Assembly (NCBI GenBank): GCA_001791325.1
Contig: MGEK01000004.1
Coordinates: forward strand, 8,566 to 72,565
Direction of reading: 5' to 3'
Source of the DNA: Candidatus Uhrbacteria bacterium RIFCSPLOWO2_01_FULL_47_25
GTDB lineage: Bacteria; Patescibacteriota; Patescibacteriia; GWA2-46-9
Length of the DNA stretch: 64,000 nt
Shown here: positions 43,498 through 53,522 of the stretch, piece by piece
How the letters are laid out: each line of letters starts with the position of its first letter
Numbering within the stretch: position 1 is the first letter of the stretch
Made by a program: the position numbers and the translations under genes
The notes under the pieces: model-generated
What the model was told of the DNA's origin: nothing
Databases searched by the model: none
Seen by the model: the letters and a program-made list of their open reading frames with translations, nothing else

Positions 43498-44632
43498 CCA
43501 TTTAGCGGCGGCTGTTTTAATTATCTCTTTTGTTTTGGGCGGTGTTTCTTTTTCGGCGCCTCCCGGGAATAAATCGCCGGCGGTGTCGGCGCCGTCTAAA
43601 GTAGCTGTCCAAAATACCAAACCGTCTGTGCCAGCGTCCTTACTGCCGGTGGCAACAGTGGATGAGGAAGAAAAAATAATCTCCTTGATTAATAAAGCTT
43701 TGCCCAGTGTTGTGAACATTGTGGGCAGCAAGCTTGACCAAAATGGCAATAAAGAAGTGATTACGAGAGGGACAGGTTTCGTAGTTGATCCAAAAGGACT
43801 TTTGCTAACGAATCGTCATGTGGTTAGTCAAGATAATCTAACCTATACTGTTTTCTTTTCTGATGGTTCTAAATACTTGGCTACTATTCTAGGACGCGAC
43901 CCCTTAAACGATCTTGCCATCGTGCAAATACTGGGCGATAAATTTCCGGCCCTACCGCTTGCCAACTCTGACAAAATTCGTATAGGTCAAACAGTTGTAG
44001 CCATTGGTAATTCACTCGGCCGTTACAGCAATACCGTTACCAAGGGTATTATTAGCGGTCTGGGCCGTTCCGTGGCAGCCAGTGATAACATTACTGGACA
44101 AACCGAAACGCTAGATGATGTTATTCAAACCGACGCGGCGATCAATTTAGGAAATTCCGGCGGCCCTCTCTTGAACTCCAAGGGTGAAGTCTTGGGCATT
44201 AACACCGCCATTGAACAATCTGGCCGCGGCGTTGGATTCGCCATTCCTATTAACGACGCTAAAAAAGTTTTGGAATCATACAGCCATTTTGGTAGAATAG
44301 TGCGACCGTACTTAGGGGTGAGATATGTCACGGTAACTTCCGATATTCAGGATGAATTCAAACTATCATATGATTATGGCGCGTTAATTAACGCCGGGGA
44401 ATTGGCTAGCGGACCGGCGGTAGTTCCCGGCAGTCCGGCCGAAAAAGCTGGCCTCAAAACAGGAGACGTGATCCTTGGGGTAAATGGTGTTTTAGTTCGC
44501 GGTAATATCACGCTCTTGAAACTTATACAGCAAAAAAAGCCAGGTGATTTTATAACCTTGCTAGTGGCAAGAGGCAAGGCCGTTTTAAATATTGAGGCAA
44601 CCATTGTGGAGTTGCCTGCCTATAAGCCATAA
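43433..44632 (+). CDS. HtrA/DegP-family serine protease (trypsin-like domain + PDZ). The longer ORF from 43331 runs through the MITE-like element
   Basis: TM anchor; catalytic triad context LLLTNRHVV, DLAIVQI, GNSGGPLLN; C-terminal PDZ. Confidence 0.8.
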   Translation: MLKRFLKGIMPDAEVHKSWCGIHLAAAVLIISFVLGGVSFSAPPGNKSPAVSAPSKVAVQNTKPSVPASLLPVATVDEEEKIISLINKALPSVVNIVGSKLDQNGNKEVITRGTGFVVDPKGLLLTNRHVVSQDNLTYTVFFSDGSKYLATILGRDPLNDLAIVQILGDKFPALPLANSDKIRIGQTVVAIGNSLGRYSNTVTKGIISGLGRSVAASDNITGQTETLDDVIQTDAAINLGNSGGPLLNSKGEVLGINTAIEQSGRGVGFAIPINDAKKVLESYSHFGRIVRPYLGVRYVTVTSDIQDEFKLSYDYGALINAGELASGPAVVPGSPAEKAGLKTGDVILGVNGVLVRGNITLLKLIQQKKPGDFITLLVARGKAVLNIEATIVELPAYKP

Positions 44633-44713
44633 TCAGCAGTATTAATCGTTGACAATTGAGCATATTTTTGGTATACCTAATCTTATTGTAGTAGGAAGAT
44701 AATAAATAGTTTC

Positions 44714-45193
44714 ATGAATAATTCCAATTTATTTACTAAAAAATATCTGACAACGGAAGGACGTCAAAAGGCAGAGGAAGAATTGTATTATCTTAAAACA
44801 GAGAAACGCCCGTTGATAGCTGAAAAAATAGAAACAGCCAAAGAATTAGGCGATCTTTCAGAAAATGCTGAATACGCTGAGGCTAAAGACGAACAAGCTT
44901 TTGTTGAAGCGCGCATTCTTGAGCTCACTAATCTTATAAAATATGCTGAAGTGGTTCCTCATCAAACTAAAGTTAGCGATATCGTGAACGTTGGTTCAAC
45001 GGTTACCATTGAAGATGAAACGGGACAACGCACCTATATTATTGTGGGTTTTAATGAAGCTAATCCATCGGCGGGGAAAATTTCTAACGAATCACCTTTG
45101 GGACAGGCCTTGCTTGGTCGCCGGGTAGGGGAGATTGTAAGTTTTCAAATCCCGAGTGGTTTTAAGAAACTTACCATAATAGCGATAAAATAA
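44714..45193 (+). CDS. greA: transcription elongation factor GreA
   Basis: LTTEGRQKAEEELYYLKTEKRPLIAEKIETAKELGDLSENAEYAEAKDEQAFVEARILEL. Confidence 0.9.
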   Translation: MNNSNLFTKKYLTTEGRQKAEEELYYLKTEKRPLIAEKIETAKELGDLSENAEYAEAKDEQAFVEARILELTNLIKYAEVVPHQTKVSDIVNVGSTVTIEDETGQRTYIIVGFNEANPSAGKISNESPLGQALLGRRVGEIVSFQIPSGFKKLTIIAIK

Positions 45194-45201
45194 AGCGTCA
45201 T

Positions 45202-46665
45202 ATGGCCACAGACGAGCTAACCGCGAGAAGGCAAAGGCTTGAACAGTTGCGCAAGCAAGGGTTTGATCCTTACCCCAGCACGATTAAGCGTTCGCACAGT
45301 ATTAAGGAAGTACGAGAGCAGTTTGGAGAATTGCAGAAAAAAGTGGAGACGATCACGGTTTGTGGACGAATTATGGCCATAAGGAAACATGGCGGGTCAA
45401 CTTTTTTTACAGTGCGCGACGACGCTCATAATTTACAAGTATACTGCAAGCGTGATGTTATCGGGCAGGATGCATATACTTCTTTGGAAACGCTTGATGG
45501 GGGTGATTTTTTAGAAATTACCGGCACCCTTTTTGTAACCCATGCCGGCGAACAGACCGTTTTAGCTAAAATTGCTCCACGTATTATAGCTAAGGCTTTA
45601 AGACCTTTGCCGGAAAAATGGCATGGCTTAAGCGACGTGGAAACCAGATATCGCAAAAGATATCTTGATCTTTTAATGAATGAAAGTGTGAGAGTCGTTC
45701 ATGAACGTCGCACAGAGATATCAAGTCTTATTAGAAAATTCTTAGAAGAGCGTGGGTTTACTGAAGTGGAAACGCCTATTTTACAGCAAATCCCGGGTGG
45801 CGCTACCGCTCAACCTTTTATGACTCACTTGAATGCCTTGGATCTTGATTTGTATTTGCGTATCGCTCCCGAGCTTTATTTAAAGCGCTTGCTGGTGGGC
45901 GGATTTACTAAAATTTTTGAGATAGCCCGGTGTTTTCGCAACGAAGGTATAGACCATGCCCATAATCCAGAATTCACGAATGTAGAGTTATATCAGGCTT
46001 ATATTGATTATCGTGATTTAATGCGACTGGTAGAAGAGTTAATGGCTGATTTGGTAAGCAAATTAACCGGTTCTTTGGAGTTTAATTTTGAAAAATATCA
46101 CCTTGATTTTACTCCGCCCTACGCGGTCAAGGATTGGATGCTGGTTTTGGAAGAAATATTGGGCGAAACAATAGAGCATATGACTGATGATTCGCTACGG
46201 CTGGTGTTGATAGAACACGGTGTTGAACTGGAAACCGCAGACGGGTATGGGGCAATGCTTGATAAGGCCTACAAAAAATTAGTGCGCCCCAATATCATTC
46301 AGCCAACATTTCTGATAGACCATCCAATTAGATTATCTCCTTTAGCCAAGCGGCATAAAGACAAACCTAATCGGGCGGAAAGATTTCAGCTGGTGTTGGG
46401 CGGAGGCATTGAACTAGTGAACGGCTTCTCTGAATTAAATGATCCGCTTGATCAACGCTCTAGATTTGATGAACAGGAACGTTTAAGGCAGGCTGGCGAC
46501 AAAGAAGCACAACGAATTGATGAAGATTTTTTGGAATGCCTGGAATATGGAATGCCTCCGGCCGCCGGTTTGGGTCTTGGTCTTGATCGCCTGGCCGCTC
46601 TTCTAACTAATAATCATTCGCTAAAAGAGGTTATCCTTTTTCCGACCTTGAGGCCAAAATCGTAA
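45202..46665 (+). CDS. lysS: lysine--tRNA ligase (class II)
   Basis: OB-fold anticodon-binding N-terminus; class II motifs including FRNEGIDHAHNPEFTNVELYQAY and GLGLGLDRL. Confidence 0.9.
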   Translation: MATDELTARRQRLEQLRKQGFDPYPSTIKRSHSIKEVREQFGELQKKVETITVCGRIMAIRKHGGSTFFTVRDDAHNLQVYCKRDVIGQDAYTSLETLDGGDFLEITGTLFVTHAGEQTVLAKIAPRIIAKALRPLPEKWHGLSDVETRYRKRYLDLLMNESVRVVHERRTEISSLIRKFLEERGFTEVETPILQQIPGGATAQPFMTHLNALDLDLYLRIAPELYLKRLLVGGFTKIFEIARCFRNEGIDHAHNPEFTNVELYQAYIDYRDLMRLVEELMADLVSKLTGSLEFNFEKYHLDFTPPYAVKDWMLVLEEILGETIEHMTDDSLRLVLIEHGVELETADGYGAMLDKAYKKLVRPNIIQPTFLIDHPIRLSPLAKRHKDKPNRAERFQLVLGGGIELVNGFSELNDPLDQRSRFDEQERLRQAGDKEAQRIDEDFLECLEYGMPPAAGLGLGLDRLAALLTNNHSLKEVILFPTLRPKS

Positions 46666-46666
46666 T

Positions 46667-47101
46667 TTGTTATTTATGCAAATTAATAATTTAGTAATGG
46701 TATTTGGAACATTTGACGTGCTCCATCCAGGGCATTTGTGGTTTCTTAAAAAAGCGTCTCAATATGGACGATTAATTGTGGCCTTGACGCCGGATAAAAT
46801 GTGCCTCAAATATAAAGATCATTTGCCATGTCATAGTTTTATCCAACGGAAAAGTCATCTAGAGGATATTATTTATTTAGATAAGGTGATTAGCGCTGAT
46901 ACTCGGGCGGGATCTTGGCAAACAGTGCAACAATTGCGCCCATCTATTATCGTTTTGGGTTATGACCAAAAATTATTGAGGCGCCATTTAGAAAAACGTT
47001 TAAGAGAGTTAAATCTAAATCCTAGAATAATCATGTTAAAAGCTTATCGTCAGCATTTTTATCAGTCATCGCGCCTGCGAGCGATAGCCGAAACAGTATG
47101 A
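46667..47101 (+). CDS. cytidylyltransferase-like nucleotidyltransferase (HxGH family)
   Basis: VFGTFDVLHPGHLWFLKKA. Confidence 0.55.
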   Translation: MLFMQINNLVMVFGTFDVLHPGHLWFLKKASQYGRLIVALTPDKMCLKYKDHLPCHSFIQRKSHLEDIIYLDKVISADTRAGSWQTVQQLRPSIIVLGYDQKLLRRHLEKRLRELNLNPRIIMLKAYRQHFYQSSRLRAIAETV

Positions 47102-48342
47102 TTGATCCGATCATTCTTAGAGAAAACTCCAAAATTATTGAAGAAACACTCAAAAAGCGCGGCTGGCGCACAGATATTACTGCCGTTCAATCGGCTGACG
47201 AAAAGTACCGGCAATTGCTTCAGACCGTTGAAAAAATGCGAGCAGCGATCAACGAACGATCAAAAAGTAAGGTGACAATCAAAGAACAGGAAATTTTGCG
47301 TGTCGATAAGCGCAAGTTGAAAGCCAGTGAAACAGCCCTAGCCAAGGCTAAGTTGAAAGCGGAAGCGCTTTTGAGGGAATTACCCAATTTGCTTAAAGAT
47401 GATGTGCCGGCAGGGCAAGATGAAAACGATAACGTGGTCATAAAAGTTGTTGGCAAGCCGCCTCATTTCCCTTTCCCTTTTAAAGATTATTTAACCTTAG
47501 CCGCCGAGCATGATCTTATTGATCTTGAGCGGGCCGCTAAAGTTTCTGGATCCCGTTTTTATTATCTTAAAAACGAAGCAGCTTTGTTAAGCATGGCTTT
47601 AGTGCATTATGGTCTTGATCTGGCGGTCAATGAAGGATTCGTGCCAATTTTACCACCAGTTATGATCGGTGAGGAAGCCATGAGTGGTATGGGCTATCTT
47701 GAGCATGGTGGTGAAGATGAAACGTATCATTTTATAAAAGACAACTTATACTTAGTTGGAACGTCGGAGCAGTCTATAGGGCCTATGCACAAGGATGAAA
47801 TCATTGAAGCCGATCGTCTGCCGCTTCGCTATGTTGCTTTTTCAACATGTTTCAGGCGCGAAGCCGGATCATATGGCAAGGACACGAAGGGCATTTTAAG
47901 AGTCCATCAATTTGATAAGTTGGAAATGTTTTCAATTACTACTCCTGAACGGTCTAACGAAGAACAAGAGTATTTATTGTCATTGCAAGAGAAATTCATG
48001 AACGGACTTGGTCTTGCCTATAGAGTGGTCAAACTTTGCGCTGGAGATTTGGGTGCTCCCAGCGCTCGTACCTATGACATAGAAACATGGATACCATCAC
48101 AGAATCGATATCGCGAAACCCACTCCACCTCAACCACGACAGATTTTCAATCCCGTCGTTTGCGTATTAGGTATCGCCGGCCGGATGGAACAGTCGCGCT
48201 CGTGCATATGCTGAACGGAACCTTGGTGGCGGTTAATCGTCCGTTAATTGCTATTTTAGAATATGGCCAGAAAGAGAATGGAACAATTAATTTGCCGTTG
48301 GTATTGAAGCCCTACCTCTTTGGGAAAGAATATATTGCATAA
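47098..48342 (+). CDS. serS: serine--tRNA ligase
   Basis: N-terminal coiled coil; class II core FRREAGSYGKDTKGILRVHQFDKLEMF. Confidence 0.9.
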   Translation: MIDPIILRENSKIIEETLKKRGWRTDITAVQSADEKYRQLLQTVEKMRAAINERSKSKVTIKEQEILRVDKRKLKASETALAKAKLKAEALLRELPNLLKDDVPAGQDENDNVVIKVVGKPPHFPFPFKDYLTLAAEHDLIDLERAAKVSGSRFYYLKNEAALLSMALVHYGLDLAVNEGFVPILPPVMIGEEAMSGMGYLEHGGEDETYHFIKDNLYLVGTSEQSIGPMHKDEIIEADRLPLRYVAFSTCFRREAGSYGKDTKGILRVHQFDKLEMFSITTPERSNEEQEYLLSLQEKFMNGLGLAYRVVKLCAGDLGAPSARTYDIETWIPSQNRYRETHSTSTTTDFQSRRLRIRYRRPDGTVALVHMLNGTLVAVNRPLIAILEYGQKENGTINLPLVLKPYLFGKEYIA

Positions 48343-48344
48343 GC

Positions 48345-49520
48345 ATGGCTGGTTTAGGTGATACTATTGAGCTATCTCTCATAAAGCAAATGGAGATGCT
48401 GGCTATGAGCCAGCCGGGAGTTATATCATTAGCTCAAGGTATTCCTTCGTTTGATACGCCAGAGCCAATTAAACGCCGTTCTGTTGAGGCTATTAATGAA
48501 GGGCGTGTTGCTCAATATTCATCCAGCTCTGGATTATCGGATTTAAGAGAGGACATTGAGGACGAGCTTGAAAGAGACGGCATGTCGTATGACTTTGCAA
48601 AAGAAATTATCGTGACTGCCGGATCAATTGAGGCTATTTGCGCGACTTTGCTGGCTATTTTAGATCCGGGCGATGAGGTGATATTGCCATCGCCAACCTA
48701 TACTTCATATGTACAAGCTATTTTGGTTGCTCGCGGAGTGCCGATTTTCATTCCGCTTCATGAAGAAAGTGGCTGGACACTTGATTTAGATTGTTTAAAG
48801 AATAAATTAACTTCAAGAACACGCGCCATTCTTTTATGCAACCCCAATAATCCCACGGGCTCTATTTTCTCCAAAAAACAATTATTAGCTATTGGAGCAA
48901 TCGCTGAATCGTATAATTTAATTATTTTGACTGATGAAGTATATAAAGATTTTATATATGATAAAGAGGCAAAAAATAATTTTTTTACCTTAGCCAGCAT
49001 ATCTGCTTTGCGACACCGCGTAGTACGTATTTTTAGTTTTTCTAAGGCCTACGCAATGACCGGATGGCGTATTGGTTATTTGCATACTGACCGCGCTCTA
49101 GCACAACGTATTCTTAGAGTTCATGATAGCTTAATTACTTGCGCTCCCGTGGTCTCGCAACATGCGGCTATGGCCGCTCTGCGGTTAAAGCCGCATGAAC
49201 TACAACATTATATTGACGAATACATGGTAAGGCGACAAATACTTTGCGATGGGCTTAATGCTTTGGACGAGTATTTTAGTCATACTGTTCCGGCGGCGAC
49301 TTATTTTGTTTTTCCGAAAATTAAGATTAAAATGTTTCCTGCCTATAATGGGTCCTTCTCTTTTGCCAAAGAGCTGCTGGAAAAAGTAAACTTGGCTGTT
49401 GTTCCGGGAATCGCTTTTGGTCCAGAAGGGGAGCATCATTTGCGATTATCCTTCGGCCGTTCACGCCATGATATAAACGAGGGGTTGCGAAGATTGAGCG
49501 TATTCATTAAGATGATTTAA
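48345..49520 (+). CDS. class I/II pyridoxal-phosphate aminotransferase (aspartate/aromatic aminotransferase-like)
   Basis: SFSKAYAMTGWRIGYL lysine-PLP region; NPNNPTG. Confidence 0.8.
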   Translation: MAGLGDTIELSLIKQMEMLAMSQPGVISLAQGIPSFDTPEPIKRRSVEAINEGRVAQYSSSSGLSDLREDIEDELERDGMSYDFAKEIIVTAGSIEAICATLLAILDPGDEVILPSPTYTSYVQAILVARGVPIFIPLHEESGWTLDLDCLKNKLTSRTRAILLCNPNNPTGSIFSKKQLLAIGAIAESYNLIILTDEVYKDFIYDKEAKNNFFTLASISALRHRVVRIFSFSKAYAMTGWRIGYLHTDRALAQRILRVHDSLITCAPVVSQHAAMAALRLKPHELQHYIDEYMVRRQILCDGLNALDEYFSHTVPAATYFVFPKIKIKMFPAYNGSFSFAKELLEKVNLAVVPGIAFGPEGEHHLRLSFGRSRHDINEGLRRLSVFIKMI

Positions 49521-49521
49521 T

Positions 49522-50250
49522 ATGCGTATCATGCTAAAAAAATTAGTGGAGCGTTATCTGCGATTTTTGACCGGTATAGTAATTTATCGCCATCAGCCAG
49601 ACATAATAGCGATAGCCGGAATTACCAGCAAAACCACCACAAAAAAATATATTGTTGATCATCTGCGTCAAATTGGTCTGGATGTAAGAGCCAATCCCAA
49701 AAGCTACAATACGGAGATAGGGCTACCCTTGGCGGTTTTATACGTGGAAGTATCAGGATATGCCTGGAAATCCTGGTTAAAAACGATTTGGCAATGTACG
49801 ACAATAGCCTTATTTTCCAAAAGATTTCCTAAAATACTGGTTCTGGAATTCGGGGTAAGCGGGGTGGGGGATATGAAGCACTTACTCAATATCGTTAAGC
49901 CACGCATAGCTGTATTTACGAATATTAGGCCATCTGATTTTAACCCAAACACAACGATTGATGAGCTAAATTCTGAAATGCTTGATCTTATGAAAGTAAT
50001 CCTCAATAACGGGTTGGTTATTTATAATTGGGATGACAATAATTTGCGTGCTTTGGCTAATCAATTTTCAGGGCAAAAGATCAGTTATGGTATCGGAGAA
50101 GGGGCAGATATTCAAGCAACCAATATTCAGCAGCATCTTGATGGGTTGTCCTGGGCTGTCTATGGTCAAAAAAGAAAGACGATAAAGTCCGGTCTGCACC
50201 ATATTTATGCTGAGTTGGCAGCCGATGCGGTGGCTAGAAGTTTTAAGTAA
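49522..50250 (+). CDS. Mur ligase family protein, short (central ATPase domain only; possibly truncated paralog/pseudogene)
   Basis: IIAIAGITSKTTTKKY...NTEIGLPLAVL...ILVLEFGVSGVGDM resembles MurF central domain; only 242 aa. Confidence 0.45.
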   Translation: MRIMLKKLVERYLRFLTGIVIYRHQPDIIAIAGITSKTTTKKYIVDHLRQIGLDVRANPKSYNTEIGLPLAVLYVEVSGYAWKSWLKTIWQCTTIALFSKRFPKILVLEFGVSGVGDMKHLLNIVKPRIAVFTNIRPSDFNPNTTIDELNSEMLDLMKVILNNGLVIYNWDDNNLRALANQFSGQKISYGIGEGADIQATNIQQHLDGLSWAVYGQKRKTIKSGLHHIYAELAADAVARSFK

Positions 50251-50358
50251 CCTATGAATAAAAAATATGCGCGGCAATATCGCGCACTGTGGCTATAATC
50301 TGGCTTCTTCTAGAAGTCTATAAAAATAAAAGGCTCCCTTTAGCTCAAATTTCTGCTT

Positions 50359-51210
50359 ATGCTGGTTTCGCGCTGGGGTCGCCAACCTATAAAGAAAAAA
50401 TGGCCAACTTTGAATTATCCAACAAATAGAAGAAACTATTCAGTAAGAGGCTTTCGGTCATTCAAGAGATATTTTGTGGCGTTATTTCTTTTATTTAGCG
50501 TCTATTTTTTTATTTATTCTTCTATTTTTGACATTAATCGTATCATTATATTGGGTAACGCCACTATAAATGCAAAAATCATAGAAGATATAGTTGATCA
50601 AATAAAAAAAGAAAAAAGATGGTTTATTTTTCCGCAGAAGAATATTTTATTTTTTGACGATAATTTTTTGAAATCTGAATTGATGAACAATATCCATTTA
50701 GATTCTGTACAAATTAAAAAACGTCCATGGGGTACGTTATATATATCTATTTCCGAAAAAACAGCCGTTGCTTTGTGGTTGAATCGTGGTCGTCACTATA
50801 CCCTTGACAAACAGGGAAAAATAATTGATGAAATTGGTTCTGTCTCCAATGATCAAGTTGATAATTTTGTAAAGATTACGAATAACTCATTAATACAAGA
50901 AACTAAAATAGGGGAGAGGGTAATGTCAGACCACGTTCTGGAAACTATCAAAAATATTAATTCCAAACTGCCGCCACAGATTGGAATTAAATTTAATTTA
51001 TTTGATATAAGTGAGGCTGAACAAGGAAAAATTATCGCTCGTACGGCTGAGAATTTTGCGGTTTACTTTAGTACCATTGCTGATGTAGCTCCTGAATTAA
51101 ACAAGCTAATCGCTTTTGTTTTAGAGAAAGATCGAGTTGATCGTAATTGGCGTGATAATATAAGCTATATTGACCTGCGTTTTGGCAGTACGAGAATTTA
51201 TTACAAGTGA
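50359..51210 (+). CDS. FtsQ/DivIB-like cell division protein (TM + POTRA)
   Basis: Basic N-terminus; TM YFVALFLLFSVYFFIY; INRIIILGNATINAKIIEDI POTRA-like start. Confidence 0.5.
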   Translation: MLVSRWGRQPIKKKWPTLNYPTNRRNYSVRGFRSFKRYFVALFLLFSVYFFIYSSIFDINRIIILGNATINAKIIEDIVDQIKKEKRWFIFPQKNILFFDDNFLKSELMNNIHLDSVQIKKRPWGTLYISISEKTAVALWLNRGRHYTLDKQGKIIDEIGSVSNDQVDNFVKITNNSLIQETKIGERVMSDHVLETIKNINSKLPPQIGIKFNLFDISEAEQGKIIARTAENFAVYFSTIADVAPELNKLIAFVLEKDRVDRNWRDNISYIDLRFGSTRIYYK

Positions 51211-51419
51211 ATCTCAGTTTGCGTCGACAGACATAGGGAAGTAACCTTTAAAATAGATTAATTTGTACTAGAATATCCGATATTTATTATGTAAAAACTC
51301 TCATACTACATAGTATGATAGTTTTAGATCATTATAATATTGTACGACACAAAAATTACTGTTAATAATTGATCAATGAGTGCTATACTGAATACAGCCC
51401 ATAATCAAGGAGGGACAAA

Positions 51420-51608
51420 ATGAGACAACAGACGGCGAAAGTTACCCGTCAAAAAACTAAGCTGGCTGGCAAGGAGGCTGATCGTACAGTAAGGCAAGTT
51501 ATGAATCGCATGGTCAAGTTCGTAGGCTGGCCTAAATCAAGGGCAAGGCGTGCCGCCCGAAATTGGGTTAAGGCAATCAATAAGGGTGAGGTGGAATTTG
51601 GCAGTTAA
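51420..51608 (+). CDS. small basic hypothetical protein
   Basis: 62-aa ORF preceded by an imperfect palindrome and followed by hairpin 51634-51662. Confidence 0.3.
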   Translation: MRQQTAKVTRQKTKLAGKEADRTVRQVMNRMVKFVGWPKSRARRAARNWVKAINKGEVEFGS

Positions 51609-51742
51609 CTGGTGCTGTCAGCCGGGCTTGTTCAAGGAAGATACCTCTAGTATCTTCCTTTATCTTCCTTATGATGTCGTAAAAGGTATATTGTGCGACG
51701 CAATATACATATTGTAATAATGTTTTTTTACCTCTCCCCTAG

Positions 51743-52150
51743 TTAAAATCGCTCAACAAACAATCTTTTGCCAGCAAAGAAAGTTATTAGAGCAACTATG
51801 GCTTGCGCTAAACTTATCACAGTGATTCCTGAAGGGGATATTAAGGCCAAGGTTATAATTATTATAAACACAGACCAACCCAATAAATCATATTGCAATT
51901 CAGCCAATGGTGACCACCGTAAGTATGTTTTTGCTTCATTCTCCCCTATTCCGGCGCCTTGCTTGGTTTGTTTGTGATATTTATAGATTGAAAACCAGCC
52001 GCTAAAAATGATGGCGGTTAAGCCCATAATAATCATCGCGGTTTTTGTCAGATTTTCTAGGGCCTCATAATAAGCGATATAAAAAACAAAAAAAGCAACC
52101 AATAAAAATAACCAAAGTAATTGTTTTATCATTTCCGCAAATTGATTCAT
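51743..52150 (-). CDS. hypothetical membrane protein (4 TM)
   Basis: Hydrophobic profile only. Confidence 0.45.
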   Translation of the reverse strand: MNQFAEMIKQLLWLFLLVAFFVFYIAYYEALENLTKTAMIIMGLTAIIFSGWFSIYKYHKQTKQGAGIGENEAKTYLRWSPLAELQYDLLGWSVFIIIITLALISPSGITVISLAQAIVALITFFAGKRLFVERF

Positions 52151-52162
52151 ATTAATTATTTA

Positions 52163-52261
52163 CCTCGCACCATGCCTGCTGAATAGGCAGGGCTTGTGCT
52201 GTGTATTTGAGTATTCCTCCTCACGCTACGCTGACGCGTGGTAATTCTGCATGGTGCGGGG
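52163..52261. mobile_element. MITE-like element family 2, copy E2 (CCTCGCACCATG...CATGGTGCGGGG), 12 bp upstream of the minus-strand membrane-protein start
   Basis: TIRs and shared internal CACGCT..GCGTGG hairpin with E1. Confidence 0.55.
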
Positions 52262-52306
52262 TTCATTTACGGCTTTACAGGCATAATTTTGGTGGTACGG
52301 GGGGTT

Positions 52307-53521
52307 TTACGGCAAAAATGGCAAAGGATCCTGGGGAATTCCGCTGAGACGCGTCTCAAAGTGTAAATGCGGGCCAGTACTAAACGGCCCGGCTCCCGGG
52401 GTGCCTGGAATGCCTCCAGACAAAGCAATTACTTCGCCCTGCGCCACAAATGAATCTTGCTTAACCATTATTTTTGAAACATGGCCATATACGGTGGCCA
52501 GCCCGCCATTGTGAATAATCATGACAAAGCCATAACCTCGCTTGCCGCCGGTTTGGACGCGGGCTACATAACCAGAGGCGGCCGTTCTAATGGGCGTTCC
52601 CTGATAAGCGCGTATATCAATACCAGAATGCTCAAACAGGCGGCGAAATGGGTAATCTGGATCATGAAATAGCGTAGATAATCCGCGATTGCGAGGCACG
52701 GGCCAGATTAAAACCGGTTTCTCGCCGTCCGTGGTTAATCCTTCTTGGCGTAAGCGTTCCCGCACTTCACGTTCAAGATTTGTTATTTCTTGATTGGTTT
52801 GCTCTTGCTCACGACGCGCCTCCTCTAGGAGAGCAGAAAAACGCTGTTCTGATGAACGGGTTTCTTGTAATAAATAAGCTTTGCTCTCTTGTTGTGCCTC
52901 AAATGATAGCTGTTGCTCTTCCAAAATGCTAAGTTCCTCAACCAGTCCTTGCCGTTTATCCTCTAATTGTTTTTTATCATCATTGAGTCTATTTTTTAGA
53001 GCTTCAACATCACTTACTAGACGCCCGATACTGATTTGTACTGTTTTAATTTGTTTCAGTTCTCCATAAAAATCAGCAAACGACGACCGTGTAAATAGGA
53101 TTTGAATTATGCTTCTGCTCTGTTCACGAGCAAGCCATCTCACCAAGGCCCCCAACTGCTCTTTATACTCCGAAATTTGTTTTTCTTTAGCACGAATGCT
53201 GTTTTCTAATCCGCTAATTTCTAAATTAGTAACCTCCACATTAGTTCGCCCCATCTCTATATCAAGAGCTGTTTTATTAAGGCGATCCGTTAGAATAGTA
53301 AGTTGATTTGATAAGGTCAGTCGTTCTTGCCTTTTTTGTTGAAGATTGATTTCGTAAATGGCCGCTTTTTTCTTAAGATCTTCTACTCTTTGCAATTTTT
53401 CTCGCAGAGTGGCTTGCAGGTCATTAACTTCCTCGGCCAAAACAATGGTTGGTAAGATAATAATAAGGGCACTGAAAGTCATTATGAATGTTGTAGAATA
53501 TCTCTGCTTAAAAATACGCAT
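52307..53521 (-). CDS. coiled-coil M23 family metallopeptidase (EnvC/NlpD-like)
   Basis: Long coiled coil then GIDIRAYQGTPIRTAASGYVA...GFVMIIHNGGLATVYGHVS. Confidence 0.8.
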   Translation of the reverse strand: MRIFKQRYSTTFIMTFSALIIILPTIVLAEEVNDLQATLREKLQRVEDLKKKAAIYEINLQQKRQERLTLSNQLTILTDRLNKTALDIEMGRTNVEVTNLEISGLENSIRAKEKQISEYKEQLGALVRWLAREQSRSIIQILFTRSSFADFYGELKQIKTVQISIGRLVSDVEALKNRLNDDKKQLEDKRQGLVEELSILEEQQLSFEAQQESKAYLLQETRSSEQRFSALLEEARREQEQTNQEITNLEREVRERLRQEGLTTDGEKPVLIWPVPRNRGLSTLFHDPDYPFRRLFEHSGIDIRAYQGTPIRTAASGYVARVQTGGKRGYGFVMIIHNGGLATVYGHVSKIMVKQDSFVAQGEVIALSGGIPGTPGAGPFSTGPHLHFETRLSGIPQDPLPFLP

Positions 53522-53522
53522 A

